From Felis catus (Eukaryota): a stretch of 60,000 bases of DNA. A model generated the notes under the pieces. It searched no databases. It worked only from the letters and a program-made list of their open reading frames with translations, and was not told the origin of the DNA. The stretch is from positions 18,292,001 through 18,352,000 of the forward strand of contig NC_058368.1 in the NCBI RefSeq assembly GCF_018350175.1, in the 5' to 3' direction. The position numbers and the translations under genes are program-made. Positions 35,404 through 48,710 of the stretch are shown here, piece after piece (position 1 is the first letter of the stretch; every line of letters starts with the position of its first letter).

Positions 35404-38400
35404 ATAGTGAGTGGAAAGAATAAGAAACAGATTTCAGTCATTTCAATTCTGTCATTCATTGTAACTATGCAGCACTTTCATTCGTGTTTAAAATTTAAAA
35501 CAGAGAAATAAGGTGCAAATTGCAAACCATACTATTTTTGTTTGGTAAACACCAATCTTAGTTTATAACTGAAATATTTGACTTTTGGTGTCAAAATTTT
35601 TAAATTATTACTCATGTAATTTTGATGTACTTGCTATTAGACTGAAATGTATGCTCATGATTGCAACAAATATGTAGATATGCTTCCCCTCTTTTTCAAA
35701 AACTACTGTACTTATAAAGTTTTCACCCATTACTTGCATAACTGCTCATACTGTAAAACTTTAATTTTCAACTGGCTTGATTATATGTACACAATGACCA
35801 GGAAAAGAAAATCTTCACTATGTTTCTTTACTAGGCATTTTTATATTTCATTTTGTTTCATTACTACAGTTGAAAATAAGTTTGTCATTGAATGTCAGAT
35901 AACCATGGAAGGCCACCAAGGAGAGCTTCTTGGTCATGACTAGAAAGGAGATTGGAAAGGAGCTAAATACATCATCCTGTTGAGATCCTGAGGCCTCAGG
36001 TTAACCTACACAAGGTTTTCTCAGCAGAAATGTGGCCAGGTCCTTTCCTAATGATGTGGGGCTGGGGAAAGTGAATAAATAGATCCACCTGCCTCCACCC
36101 AGGGCTAACTCCCAGTTCTCTCCTGCTTATATTCTATCTACCTCACCAAAGACATAGAGCACATACTTATGGCTACCCGAACCCAAGATCTGAGTCATAG
36201 CCACTCCAACAATCAGCCTTTGGCCACCACCTTGGGCCTAGAGTATGTACCCCAGCAATAAACTCTGCCCTCAGGAGGATGGACCTCAGAAAAAGACAGC
36301 AAGGACCTTGGAAATGACTTCCAGTTGTTTGAGGTGAGGGTGTGTGTTCTGGGGACCCCATGCCCCAACCTTCGTGACAGGGATTCTGATGGGCTCTTCC
36401 CCCCGGCCCTACGGACTCTTCACCCCACAGGGAGAGGCAGAGCAAAAAGAGGGTTCGAGGCTGGCCACCCTGGCTCTCTAGGTCTAAGGGAGGCACTATT
36501 GTGGGCGATCATGTCCACTTGGTGGATGAGACTTACCTTTGAATGTAGGCTACAGTGATGTATTTTACAAACGTTTCTGCTCACTAGCCCCTTGGTTGCT
36601 CCATAGTCCATAGATTTTAGGTGTCAGGTCCCTTAGTCAGGATCCCCAGGCTGCTATAACAGAGCCATGGAAAGTCTTCCTGCCTTGTGATTCTCCGTCT
36701 AAAAGCAACACTTTGATAGGTTGTTTCTGGGTTCTAAGACAGCTAGTTGGGAACCCTAGAGACCAAAAAGTTGAACTTTTATATAGTTTCCTAAAATTTA
36801 AATGTAGCATTCTTTCCCCCTTCTTATGGCATTTAAACCAAGGTTACTTGATGATCAGCAAAGACTATTCTTTAAGTACCTTTTTTAAAAAAAATTATCT
36901 GCATCTATACTCGCATGGATACTCATCGGTGAATGAATGTGCGTATGTGTGCATTTATGCATGTGTGTGTGTGTGCACCTGTGTTTGTGTCTTTGGCTCC
37001 CAGAAGTCCCATTGAGAGTGATTTGTTTTGAATACTGACGCCCATTCGGGATTTTTTTTTTTTTTTTTTTTTTTTTTGCTCTTAAAGGTGTCAGCAGAAG
37101 CTGTGAAAAGGTACAGATCAGAGAATATAACATCCCCTAAGGGACTTCTCGGAGGCTCACACTTCATGTGCCAGACTCCCTTGTTTCAGGATAAGTATTT
37201 GACATGCTTTGTTACCTGATTAAACCTGCATGTGTTTCGTTCTGGCTTATTACTGTCTGAGGCACTGTGTTGTGAAATGAAAATTACTGGCATTTGCCTG
37301 CCAAATGCAGTGATTCAGAGAATTGTGAATTAGGATTCTTTAATTACAAAGATCTGCACCTGATAGGGTAATTTCAAAAGCAAAGTTAACCACACGTGCT
37401 CTACTTATTTTCAAACTAATTCTATTGAATTACATTTCATTTAAAAGGCTTTATTGGTCCCCTATTAATAAACAGGGAACAATAAACAAAATGCTTTGGT
37501 AAGACCCAATCTCATTTCACCTGGGTTGAAGAAGGGAGGGGGGCGGGGGGAATTACATTTTCATGAAATAGAATACAAATACCATGATTTTATGGGGCAT
37601 TTCTTTACGAGTGCTATCACTGGGAATTATTTGTACTTTGCTTATATTACATTTAAGTTGAAAGGTTCATGCATTAGATGAATTTGAGGACACATGAAAA
37701 CAAGGTGACTTGTGGGGGAAAAGATAAGCCCCATTGTTTTCTCTCTCTTTCGTTGGTTTTTAGATTTTAAGGAAATTGCTATAAGTATCTCGTTTTTATT
37801 TTATAGAGCATTTTGGTACAGTTAATAGATGTTTAATGGAAACAACAGCAACAATTTAGTGCTACACAGACTACGAAGGCAGCGTCTTTAAAAGATTCAA
37901 CACATTGAGTCATAGCCTGAGGACCTGAAATCAAAGCTGCTTATTTTTAAAGGGTGTACCCATTAGAGTTACTTTAAGGTTTTCTTCCTTGACTAAAAGC
38001 AAGGCATGCATATAATAGTATTTTTTAAAAGATCCAGACGTAGAGCCCAAAATAAAAAGTTTAAGTCTCCCTCTGTCTTCACTACCCAGAGGCACAGACT
38101 GTTAACAACGTCAGGATTTTTTTCCTCTAGGACTGGTCTTCTATTTTGTGTGTGATGCCTCTATACTTTTCAAGAACTGTGATGTTCTGTTTCGTTTAGT
38201 ATATGCCCCTGTGTTATGTCAACCTTCAACTTCCTGGGGTCTTCCCCGGAAGAAACCCATCGTGGGTGCCCCTCCTGCACGTTCCCATCTCTATCTTACT
38301 TATCTAGGCTCTCGTTTAAATGACTTTCAAGTGGAAGAAAGCTCAAAAATACTCACAGCGTCCGCATTCAACTAAAATGTAAATGTAAGCATGGAAATAA

Positions 38401-38989
38401 CGTAAGTCAAGTGCAAGTTGCTTTCCCTTTAGAAACTCGTTTTCTGTAATCCTGAAGGATGACATTCCCTTGGAAAAGCCTTCAGGACTGGTGGTGTTCC
38501 CCTGGTCGCCTCTGTCCGGGGGCCTTCCTGTCCTTTACACACAATGCATGCAGTCCTTGTCCCCAGAATTACTTACACACACAGGGAGCTATGGCTGCCC
38601 CAGCATGGGTGGGACAAACACAGGGACCCCCTGTGGCTCTCTGCCCTGACAGCCTCTGCAGGTAAACTCACCTTACACCAAGATCCGGTAGGATTAAATT
38701 CACTTCATTTCTTAGTGTGCCCTCCAAGATAAACTCTCCTTATACCAAACCCTGACTATCAAAATAAAATTCAAGTGTGTGGAAGGTGCTTTTCAAACTG
38801 TTTCACTTCGTGCGTAAAATGGCCACCACGTGAAGTTTTCTGGGCTTTCACGCACCGTGACTTTTGGTGGCCCTTCCCAAGAACTCAGTGAGAAAAAAAT
38901 TATTAAGAGCCACTCAAAGGAATATGTTAGTTTATATTTACTTTTGAAACATTCACTGGGCGTTCCTATTAGTGACTTATAACCATTTG

Positions 38990-39150
38990 GTTTTTTTTTT
39001 AAATGTGAAGTTTATTGTCAAATTGGTTTCCATACACCACGCAGTGCTCATCCCAACAGGTGCCCTCCTCAGTGCCCATCACCCACCCTCCCCGCCCTCC
39101 CACCCCCCATCAACCCTCAGTTTGTTCTCAGTTTTTAAGAGTCTCTTATG
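38990..39150 (-). mobile_element. Very short 5'-truncated felid L1 3' end with TSD
   Basis: Reverse complement of the same 3'UTR seen at 2065-2220; TSD GACTT(A/G)TAACCATTTG at 38974-38989 and 39155-39170. Confidence 0.93.
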
Positions 39151-39557
39151 AAAGGACTTGTAACCATTTGATAACAACCTCAATCTTTATACTGAGGTCC
39201 CACTGTACCGAGCCTTCTAATAAGGGGATGTGTGGGGACCTATTCTGGGTTTCACATAAATTCTAAGATTCTCTGCTGTTCCCATGAATACTTCAACAAA
39301 CCAAGGTGAGTAAGAGATACATACTTCTAAAGAAGATAATATGATGCTGCGACTTTTCTGTTGTGTTACTTCTTTGGTGTTCATTTTCAAAACAGGATAT
39401 AATGAAAAGCGACAGATTCTTCAAAAATCGTTTTGTGACAAATTTGTTTTGTGACTTTACCCCCATTTTAATAACCAGGTCAGGCGGATTGCACAGACGA
39501 CTTCATTATAAAGGTGGATATTGGCTCATTAATGCTGTTTAAAAATATTTAGCTGCA

Positions 39558-39696
39558 GGGGCGCCTCGGGGCTCAGTCGGTTAAGCGTCCGACTCTTGAT
39601 TTCAGCCCAGGTCGTGATCTCAGGGTTGTGAGACTGAGTCCTGCGTCCAGCTCTGTGCTGATGGTGTGGAGCCTGCTTGGGATTCTCTCTGTCCCT
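39558..39696 (+). mobile_element. CanSINE lacking its 3' CT tract and A tail
   Basis: Intact head and body ending abruptly after GATTCTCTCTGTCCCTC. Confidence 0.88.
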
Positions 39697-40462
39697 CAGC
39701 GGCAAATTCCCGAGTTTGGTGGCTTCAAACATTCAACCCATTCGTGTGAAAATAAATTGAAACTGGAAAGCTGTGCCTTTTGTGTGTCAGACTCTGTTCT
39801 CACTACCGAGAAGCCAGACACACAGAGACTCAATCCTCACCGTGAAGAGGTTCACAGCGTCCTGGGGGAGGCAATGCGGGGACATCCAACCTGAGGTTGA
39901 GACCGGTATGAGGACGAGAGTGCGGAGAAGGTAACTCTGCCTGGACTCTTGGAGAAGGCTCCACAGAGAACATGATGTTTTACAGAAAGAGGGAGACTTT
40001 GAAAGTGAGGAAGGACACTTCAAGCTCAGGGGGCTGAGAGCACAGAGTCCTGACAGCACTTTGAGAACGAGTGGCGCGGCGAGGCTGGGCCAGAGAGGGA
40101 GAGGGCAGTTCATTTACATAATTCCAGACTAAGGAATTATGCTGTGTGGGCTCTAAGGACTCAGTGAAGATTTTGCAACAGGAGAGTACAGGGTGGACAC
40201 TGTCCCTGCCAAGACAAGAATCATAAAAGCAGCCTGTTACTACCCTGTGCACCCACCCGAGGGCATGCAGCACCCCAGGAGTCGCCCGGGCGGGAGAGCC
40301 ACAGTGTTTCTCAAAGCAACGGGATATGTTGATAGTATACATGCCAAGAGAAGACTTTCCACCTTGCCTGCTGCTCCCGCCCCTCACTCCCACAGATCCC
40401 AGTCTCCAGCTTAGACTCATCCCCAGAGCTGTCCGCCCTCCTGGAGCTGGAAGACGAGGTGT

Positions 40463-40517
40463 TTCTAGAATCTTCTGGATTCTAGAATCTTCTGGACTCT
40501 TCTAGAGTCTTCTGGAT
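40463..40517. promoter_or_regulatory. Tandem repeat forming a heat-shock-element (nGAAn) array
   Basis: TTCtaGAAtcTTCtgGAT, then TTCtaGAAtcTTCtgGACtcTTCtaGAGtcTTCtgGAT, all in 5-bp alternating phase. Confidence 0.6.
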
Positions 40518-40774
40518 CTCTCCCCATGAAACTATCCAAAGCAGGTCTCTGAATGAGGAGACTGCCACCCAGCCCTGGAGGCAGCAGGCGAGTCAGGCAC
40601 TGGCCCACAGGGCCTAAGGGAGGCAGAGCCGACCTCCTAGAAAGCGACGCTTCTTCGCCACCGCCATGTTTCTCATTTTCTCTTCATGTGCGTTTGTTCC
40701 TGCCCAGAGTTAATGGCAGGAGATCGAATGGATCCGTATACAGATCATTGTCATATTATGTATTGGGACAAGAC

Positions 40775-41030
40775 CTCAAAAACAAGCCTCAACTTCTAAG
40801 AACAAGGAATTTGTTCAATAAACCGTGGTACATCCATACAACGTTCTACTGTGTGGCCGCGATAAATGTCGGAGGAAAGAATATGTGAGGAGATGATACG
40901 ATGGTCTTCATTGCTGAGCGCTAAATTCTGCATGATTTCTTCTTCTTTTTCTTTTATGGAGCTCCCAAATTTCCCATAACGCGTGTACATGTTTTAATAA
41001 AAACAGAACATTATTTTAAAATCAGCATAA
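40775..41030 (+). mobile_element. Ancient L1ME-like 3' fragment
   Basis: GTTCAATAAACCGTGGTACATCCATACAACG...TTCTACTG is the L1 ORF2-end motif. Confidence 0.6.
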
Positions 41031-41454
41031 TTTTTTTTCTCTACTTTGAGGCCAAACACTTTGGGATTCTATACCATTTAAAGCAACTATAAATTTAGAA
41101 AACGCTTAAAACATAGCTTCATGTATAATTTACCTAAGGAATCAAGTGTACATTTCTGAGCATTTCAAAGCTGTAATTCAGCCGTGGTCCTGGAGACCTG
41201 GTAAAGCCTTGAGAGCAAAATGTAAGATGTTTCATCATCCATCAAAACTCCCTGGCACACACAGATTTTATTCTTGCAAAATTTGGGCAGATACCATAGT
41301 TTTTATTACTGAACTTGCGGTTTTCTCTCTCTCAAGTCTGGGATTTAAAAATTACAAATATAACGGCATAAAAAGGTAGATGTGTTTTACCTCCCACACA
41401 ATTATTACTCATTGTTTATCATTTATGGTCTCTGACCCCAGCAATCCCTCTCCC

Positions 41455-41455
<1 letters not shown>

Positions 41456-41496
<41 letters not shown>
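41456..41496 (+). repeat. (CA)n microsatellite
   Basis: Direct reading. Confidence 0.97.
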
Positions 41497-41500
<4 letters not shown>

Positions 41501-42819
41501 AGCAGTCCTGTTTAGGTTACCATTCTGAAAATAACCTTGATTTAAACGTCGTGTGGATCAACAACATGGAATATATTTTGTACAAATGCAGTTGGAAAAG
41601 GTCTTTATAGAATTTAGAATTTCCTTTTTTCTTGCTCTGATAAGCTTGAGCAAAATCATGTTTTGCTCAGTTTTGTAATGAATGTTTCTCTTATGATTTT
41701 TGATAGAGAGTCTTACTTGCTCCTCTGATGAGAGGTTCCCAAGTAAGTTTAAGTGTTCGTGGTGACTGAGTGGTTTCTCTGGAAATGGGGGGATACACCT
41801 CTGGTACTTTTACCCACTTTTTTATTTACCCCCTTTTATTTGCCTTCTTTTTCCACATGCTACGTTTTCTTTTTTCCCCCGGGCTTGTGGTATTTGTCGC
41901 TGAAAGACACGGGTTTCTGCTTAGTATTTGGGGGTAATCCAAGACTGCAAATTGCTATGATTTTCATAGACACTCACTCTACAAAAATCTCTGTAAAACT
42001 GCATGAAGCTAGGGCTTGAGCTAAGGCACGAGCCTTGAACTTGAGGTAATATTTCTACCTAAAGAAGAAAACAAGGGATGGTAAAGCCAACTGAAGGACA
42101 GAGGACAGTTCTCTTCTGAGACCTCAACACGGAGGGGTCTTAACATAGGCGTGCATAGACACTTTCACTGTGTTCTCTTCACTGCCGAAAGGCAGGCTTA
42201 AAGAATGTTAGAGTAAGCTTCATAAAAACACTCTTTCTTATTGGAAAGGTAACATTCGTTTCCGATTGGCAACTGGAACCATTTTTTTATTGTTTTCATG
42301 TTGGAGATGTCACACCTAGCTTCCTAAACATTCTTTCTTGCTGGGAAGGGGCATTCCTATAAAATGGAAACTCTGGGGTGGCCTCACTGGAGATTCCCTA
42401 TTAACAAAATACAGAAAATCTTAAAACGATGAGCAGATCTCACCTTCCAAGTACCTTAGTTAATCCTTGGGACCCAGGGAGGCAGTTTTGAGGAAGCTGT
42501 GTTAACACTTAAAAGCCACCTGGGTACCATATAATACAAGGAAGTCACAATTCACCAGAGCTCATGGTACTTTTGAAAAGCGTTTTACATCCTCCTGGGG
42601 CAGGGAGCTCGGGCACAAGGAAAATCTGGCTCAGGTATTTGTGGTTTTTATAGCTGCCATATCCAAGAAAGTCAAAGTCAAGGGCCTTCTAGCAGAATCT
42701 GTTTTACATGCCAATATGCTTTATAGAGTCCTCACTGCAGATGGGGAAACCGAGCTCCCTGAGAACAGATTTATACTTGCCCAAAGACAGCACAATCGGT
42801 CATTAAGAACAATACTTCT

Positions 42820-43160
42820 ACGCCAGAGAAAGACAAGGACTGTGTGATATTACTTTTGTGTAGAATCTAAACAAGTTTAAACACTAAAATACAAAGTAAA
42901 ATAGTGGTTATCCGGGGATGGGAGGAGGATAAAATGAACGGTGTTTAAGGCTATAAACTTGTGACTAGTAGTAAATGAGCTATACAGATCAAATGCCCAA
43001 TATTACAAATATAGACAGTAATATTGCACTGTAATTATGTAACGTGATAAATATGGCTACATGGGCAATCATATTGCAATACATAAATGTATTGGAGTAA
43101 CAGTTGTCCACCTTAAATTTACACATTGCTACATGTCAAATTTATTCAATAAGAAACAAG
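42820..43160 (+). mobile_element. L1 (L1MA/carnivore-type) 3' UTR fragment
   Basis: GAGAAAGACAAGGACTGTGTGATATTACTT...GAATCTAAA...ATAGTGGTTATCCGGGG...CACCTTAAATTTACACATTGCTACATGTCAAATTTATTCAATAA. Confidence 0.8.
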
Positions 43161-44109
43161 ACTTCACACAAATACATTAAAAAAAAAACAACCTTTGAAG
43201 TGTTCCTAATTTTGTTTTCATGTTCCAAATGCTGATTAATCCATTAACTCCAGATATTTGGACAACTTGACTTTTTGTGAACAGCACTTTGAAATTTAAT
43301 GCAGAGCTCCCTTGTCAGAATTTTACAGTTTTGGCTCCTGAAATGACTAGTCTTGACAATCCCCTCACATGTACTCCCTCACTGAAGTGTAAGGAACATC
43401 TTTTTCTCCAGCTCCTGGCCCGGATTCAGGTAGTAAAGATTTTCCAAACACCTGCATGAATATCAGCAAGATCCAAATCTGCTTAAGGGGCCTGTATGTT
43501 TTCATCTTGAAAGAAGTCCTGTTTCCTCCACCAAGCGCTACCGAGCTCTGCTTCAGATATCATATACTCCTTCCGAAAAGGTCTTTTCCTTCTCCTCAGG
43601 AATGATTAGGAAAAGCTTGTGATGCTGAGAAGAAAGAAGGTATTGGCTAGCCCAGTTTTGTGGGAGAGGAGAGGAAAGGAAATCTTCGGAACCTTTCGCA
43701 AGAGTGGAGTGATCTAACTTAACCTGCGTGGGAATGACTGGGGATAGGGTTCAACCCTTCGGACTTTCTCGTGGAGCTAAAACACCAAAGAGAATGGAGT
43801 TAGGGGTCCGAAGGTTAGCTAGAGACATCTGAAAAGCCCCAAATCTTTTCTCTTAGAGCGGTGCGATATTCAAATCACTCATAAGTACTCTTGGACGTGC
43901 TTACAGTTCCATGAATATCTAATGTCACTTTGAATCTTACTTCTGTTAAACCACATCCTTCTAAATATCGTAATGAACTTACTGTCGCTTCTTTCAGGAC
44001 TCAGGGCTATTATTAGCTGGCCTGCACTCCACATGGCTTCTCCCACACGGCAAATCCTTTGCTCTCTCTCGTTTCACCCACTTATAACTGCCAATGGCCT
44101 GTCATCGCA

Positions 44110-44455
44110 AGGGAGAGCTGAGCACTTTGAAGGCAGACCTTACAGAGTGTGTGACCTTCAACAAAGTTACTTAACTGTCCCAAATTTCAGCCTCATGTAT
44201 GACATAAGAGTAATTAATTACAGCGCCTACCTCATGGGTTTCTTGTAAATCTTACACAACATAATGCAGTAATAATGCATTTAGCCCAGTTCTGGCATGC
44301 AGTAAGGGTTTCGTTTTTTAAACTAAACTAGTAAGTAGCATTTATTAAGTGCTTATTATTTATGAGACAACGTCTTTATCACTTCATTCACATCAACCCA
44401 TTTAATACTATTATTACCTCATTTTACAGATGAGGAAATGGAGCCACTGACTTGT
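44110..44455. mobile_element. Two tail-to-tail MIR remnants
   Basis: Plus-strand MIR core (GTGTGACCTTCAACAAAGTTACTTAAC) followed by minus-strand core (CTCATTTTACAGATGAGGAAATGGAG). Confidence 0.7.
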
Positions 44456-45054
44456 TGAAAATTTAAAAGATCAATAAACAATATGACTTTCTTCCTTTCC
44501 CAGGTTGGAAAAGAATTGAGAGATAAACACAGGGCGAGGGCAGAGGAAGCTCTAAACGTTACTTTTATTACCGATGCAGTTAGAGAAGATGTCTCCAGAC
44601 GTGCAACCTTGCTAATCTTTTTTCCCAGAAGACAATTTGCCCTCCCACTTACAGGCATCACTGGACAATCGCGAGTCTCCTGGGGAAGAGGAGCAGGTTA
44701 CCACCTGCAGAGCAGAGAGCCCGGCCAGAAGGCTTCCTCTCATCAGGAAGCCAGATCTGAACTGAGGGAAGGAGAGACTGAACTGAGCATGCCTAGAACC
44801 TTCCCTCAACCCCGCTCTGAGGTTAAATAAATAACCTGTCAAGAGGAATAAATAAGAGGTAAGGTGGGAATCCAGACATTAGCCTAATAAAAACCCCACA
44901 ATAGGAAAAATGGGAGCTAGGGTCTACAAAGCACTCCAAAGACCATCACCATCACCATCATCATTATCTCCTTGATTAAGACTCACTTTTTTACATCTAT
45001 TTTGGACTGTTTAGAGTTTTGTTTTTTGGGTTTTGGCTTTGCTTTTTTTTTTTT

Positions 45055-45452
45055 TTTAATCAGCTTTGGCAAGTAGTGGTTTTCTAGGAATTCATCTATT
45101 TCATATGTATTTTCAAGTTGGTTGACATAAAGATGTTTATTATTTTTTTAAAACGTCTGTAAGATCTTAACAAAATTTCTTTGTTTACTGCTGAGATGGA
45201 TACTTAGACCATTGATTTTTTTTTCAGCCCTTCTTTTTTTTAACTGTATGTATTGATTTAAAAGTATAAAATGTCTCCCTACGAATGACTTCAGGGACAC
45301 TTGTGTGGCTCATTCAGTTAAATATCTGACTTTGGCTCAGGTCATGATCTCATGGTCCATGGGTTTGGGCCCCGTGTCAGGCTCTGTGCTGACAGCTCAG
45401 AGGCTGAAGCCTGCTTCAGATTCTGTGTCTCCCTCTCTCTCTGCCCCTCCCC

Positions 45453-45504
<52 letters not shown>

Positions 45505-45595
45505 AATAAATAAACATTAAAAAAATAATGACTTCAGTTGCATATACAAGTTTTGACTAGAGTCTTCTCATTATCATTCAGTTCAAAATATTTTC
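45055..45595 (-). mobile_element. Old L1M ORF2 fragment interrupted by a SINE
   Basis: TTTTCTAGGAATTCATCTATTTCA...TTTTCAAG and TTCTCATTATCATTCAGTTCAAAATATTTT are typical antisense L1 ORF2. Confidence 0.65.
45294..45526 (+). mobile_element. CanSINE
   Basis: TSD AATGACTTCAG at 45284-45294 and 45527-45537; long (CT)n. Confidence 0.95.
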
Positions 45596-45759
45596 TTTTC
45601 TTTTCTTTTTTTTTAATTTTAGAGGAGGGGAAGGGGTAGACAGCAAGAGAGAGAGACTATCAAGCAGGCTCCATGGCCAGTGCCAAAAATTAATCAATTC
45701 AAGGAAAATCAAGAGTGTCCATGTAAGTCAGACAAGGGAGGAGGCAGACATGATCTATG

Positions 45760-46600
45760 TAAAAATCAACCAAGATACATTCCCTGACTTCAAGTTTTCA
45801 GTCTATTGAGAAAGACATATTGATTTTGTTACCATCGGACAAAGGCTCTGGTAGGGGTGGTCACAGGGCCTTTGGGGAGCACATACATATTAGGTGCACT
45901 TGACCCATTTCTGGGGTAGGGTGGGGTTGCCGGGAAAGATTTCATGGAAGAGCTGACATCTAAAGCTGAGACCTGGAGATGAGCAGGAGTTAAGTAGACC
46001 AGAGTGAACCGCCAGATGCTTGAAGATGCAGCATGAGACAGTTGGGAGCCACAAACCAGGGCCACAGTTGGAGAAAGGCATGCAGGCAAGGGGACTGCAT
46101 GTACAAAGGTCCAGGGGCAGGACAGACCAGGCCCCATTTTGGTTATGTGTCACAGCAAGAGTTGCATTTCTGAAACACAGATCTTATCATGTCATTCTTC
46201 TGCTGAAAAGCCTCTAACAGTTCCCTGCTCCCTACAGAGAAATGTCCCAAGTCCTTAGCAGACATGCAGGGCCCCTCGCGACTCGGCCAGCTTACTTGTT
46301 CAATCTGTTTCTACTACTCTGCCCACCTGAATAAACCAGCTGTCCCAGCCACATCCTTGCTCACGCTCTTCCCTCTGCTTCCATATACCTTCTCCCTCCT
46401 CTGTTCAATGACTTTCCACCTGTTTTTCAAAGTCCACTTACATGTCACTTCTTCCCTGGGCATCCAGATGAAATCAAATGTTTCTTTCTTCACCATCATT
46501 CTTCATTTCCATGGTATCTTTCTCTGTGCCTTAATGCTTAAAATACGGTATGATTAGTTTTTGTTTATCTGTTTCTTTTGTCTGATGGATGTTGAGCTCT
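45760..46600. mobile_element. L2 remnants (minus-strand then plus-strand pieces)
   Basis: GGAAAGATTTCATGGAAGAGCTGACATCTAAAGCTGAGACCTG...; CAGATCTTATCATGTCATTCTTCTGCTGAAAAGCCTC...CAAGTCCTTAGC. Confidence 0.75.
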
Positions 46601-47988
46601 TTGACATCTCATACATTTCTTTTGTGATCGAATTGATTTGACCTCTAGTTTTGCCAATCACTGGTTCGATATTTCTAATTTCATCCTTTCCCCTTAAATT
46701 ATAGCTAAGTTTATCAGTATGTACGATTTCATTTTCAGGTCAAGAAATATAGCTCATATAATTTCTTTACAGATAAACATTTATAGAAATAGTAAATTAA
46801 AGTGGGGTCAAGGTACAGCTGTAAGCTTTTGTAGAGTGTAATAACTACGGTAAAAATCCCAAGAAAATCCCAAGATGATAATTCGGCAGATAACCTACCC
46901 ATAGCTTTGATTCCTGGGCACCGCCACTAGAAGTGAAAGATCCCCACTGAGTTCCCTCTTTAGATTAAGAGATTATTTGTGACCAATCTGCCACTTGGAG
47001 TCACAGGGAGTGAGGCCCAGGAATCTGCATTTATAACAATCCTAACTTTCAAAAGTACACTCCCTCACTCCCTGCTTTCTCCCAGGCAATCCTTCGGCAC
47101 CCAAAGTTCCAGAACTCCTGCCAATGACCTCCCCTGGTAAAACAATAAGTCACTTCTTTTCTGGCTAAATTGCATTTTCCTAGGAGGTACAACCAAAACC
47201 ACGTATTATTGAACACTATGAGCCATTCGCTCCATGGTGTCTAGGTGAACTCAAATGTGAAAAATACGTAACAAGTGTCTGTACTAACTTCAACATGGTG
47301 ATAATTATAAAGAGTTTGAACTTCTAGTCATTCCAAAGGTGAACAACTGTAGTCATGAGCCAGGGAATTTGAAAAGACATTTCCTACTAATTAATTATGC
47401 AGTTCTGGGTAGATATATTTGTAGATGTTACTGTTTGAAAGTCATGATCCTGCTTTCCTCACCCATCCTTTTTTGCATGAACGTGAAACTTAGTAGTTAA
47501 TAATAATCACCAGAAGTAATATAACACTAACGTTAAACATCTGCCTTCTCTAGGAAGATGGCGAATGTCACCATATGTTACACATGGTTATTATTATTCC
47601 AGATCCTATTAGTATTGCAAACTCATGTACCACGAGGTAAATCATGCTCACAAAATTGAAAATCAGAGTGCAGGAAAATACAAACATTTAAGACACATAT
47701 ATCACAGTTTCATTGTGTGGGCAGAGACAGTGAGAGTAATATTAAAGTGGTCTCCATTTGGCATATATTTAATAATACTAGTTTGTGGCAAGATGTTCAG
47801 ATGGTAGTGTTTGGTGAATGTAATAACAATAATTATATACTGTGTGCCCCAACTGTACAGAGCTTTCTATACATTGTCTCTAGTCTTTATAATAACCATC
47901 CGAGGAAAGTGTCACCCCAACCTTTTCAGCTGAATGAACTGCATAGGCAATTGTCTAAAATCACACAACTAGTTAGTGACAACACTCG

Positions 47989-48213
47989 TTTATTTTTTTT
48001 TAATTTTTTTAATGTTTTTATTTATTTCTGAGATAGAGAGACAGAGTGCGAGCGGGGGAGGTGCAGAGAGAGAGGGAGACACAGAATCCAAAGCAGGCTC
48101 CAGGCTCTAAGCTGTCAGCACAGAGCCCGAAGCGGGACTTGAACTCACGAGCTGTGAGATCATGTCCTGAGCCGAAGTCGTACGCTCAACCAACTGAGCC
48201 ACCCAGGTGCCCC
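47989..48213 (-). mobile_element. CanSINE inserted in a MIR
   Basis: Reverse-complement body; MIR-like flanks (CACACAACTAGTTAGTG...; TGAACCCAGGATTGCCTGAC). Confidence 0.94.
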
Positions 48214-48499
48214 AGCAACCCTAGTTTCTGAACCCAGGATTGCCTGACCTCAGAGTCCGTGCTCTTTTTTGCTGAGATTATAAACTGCATGAGGGCAGTT
48301 TTTATTGTTTTTATTCCCTGCTTGATTCTCTGAGCTTTGAAGAGGCCGTGTTATAGTGTAGGTGCTCAATAAAAAAAAGAATAATAGCTTGCTGACAGAT
48401 CAAGAATTTCATCCTTGCCAGTTTCCCTCAAACAAATCCTTAATCCACAATTTGATAGTAACCTCACCCAAATAAAAGTAATACTCATCATAATAGGCA

Positions 48500-48710
48500 A
48501 AATTAGAATAATAAAAAAAATGCTTGATTAATCCAAAAGAGAGCAAGAAACAAGTGGGAGAAAAAAGAGGTGGGGGGAACAGAAAAAGGTGGGACAAACA
48601 AAACAAATACTGAGACGGAAAATTTAAACTCAGTATGCCAGCGATTGAATTTAGGGTTTAGTAAACGAACTACTGCAATGAAAAGATAAAGATATTAGAC
48701 TTCAGTTCTA
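48500..48710 (+). mobile_element. Ancient L1ME inter-ORF / ORF2-start fragment
   Basis: TTGATTAATCCAAAAGA...GGTGGGACAAACAAAAC...ATTTAAACTCA...TGCAATGAAAAGATAAAGATATTAGAC. Confidence 0.55.

Noticed and set aside
40464..40517. CRISPR-like short repeats
   Set aside because: Adjacent tandem units without unique spacers, in a mammalian genome, and no cas genes.
30700..44710. Isolated minus-strand GTAAGT donors (about 30706, 36531, 44648) as exons of one gene
   Set aside because: The hexamer is expected many times by chance in 60 kb, and there is no consistent reading frame or recognisable protein.
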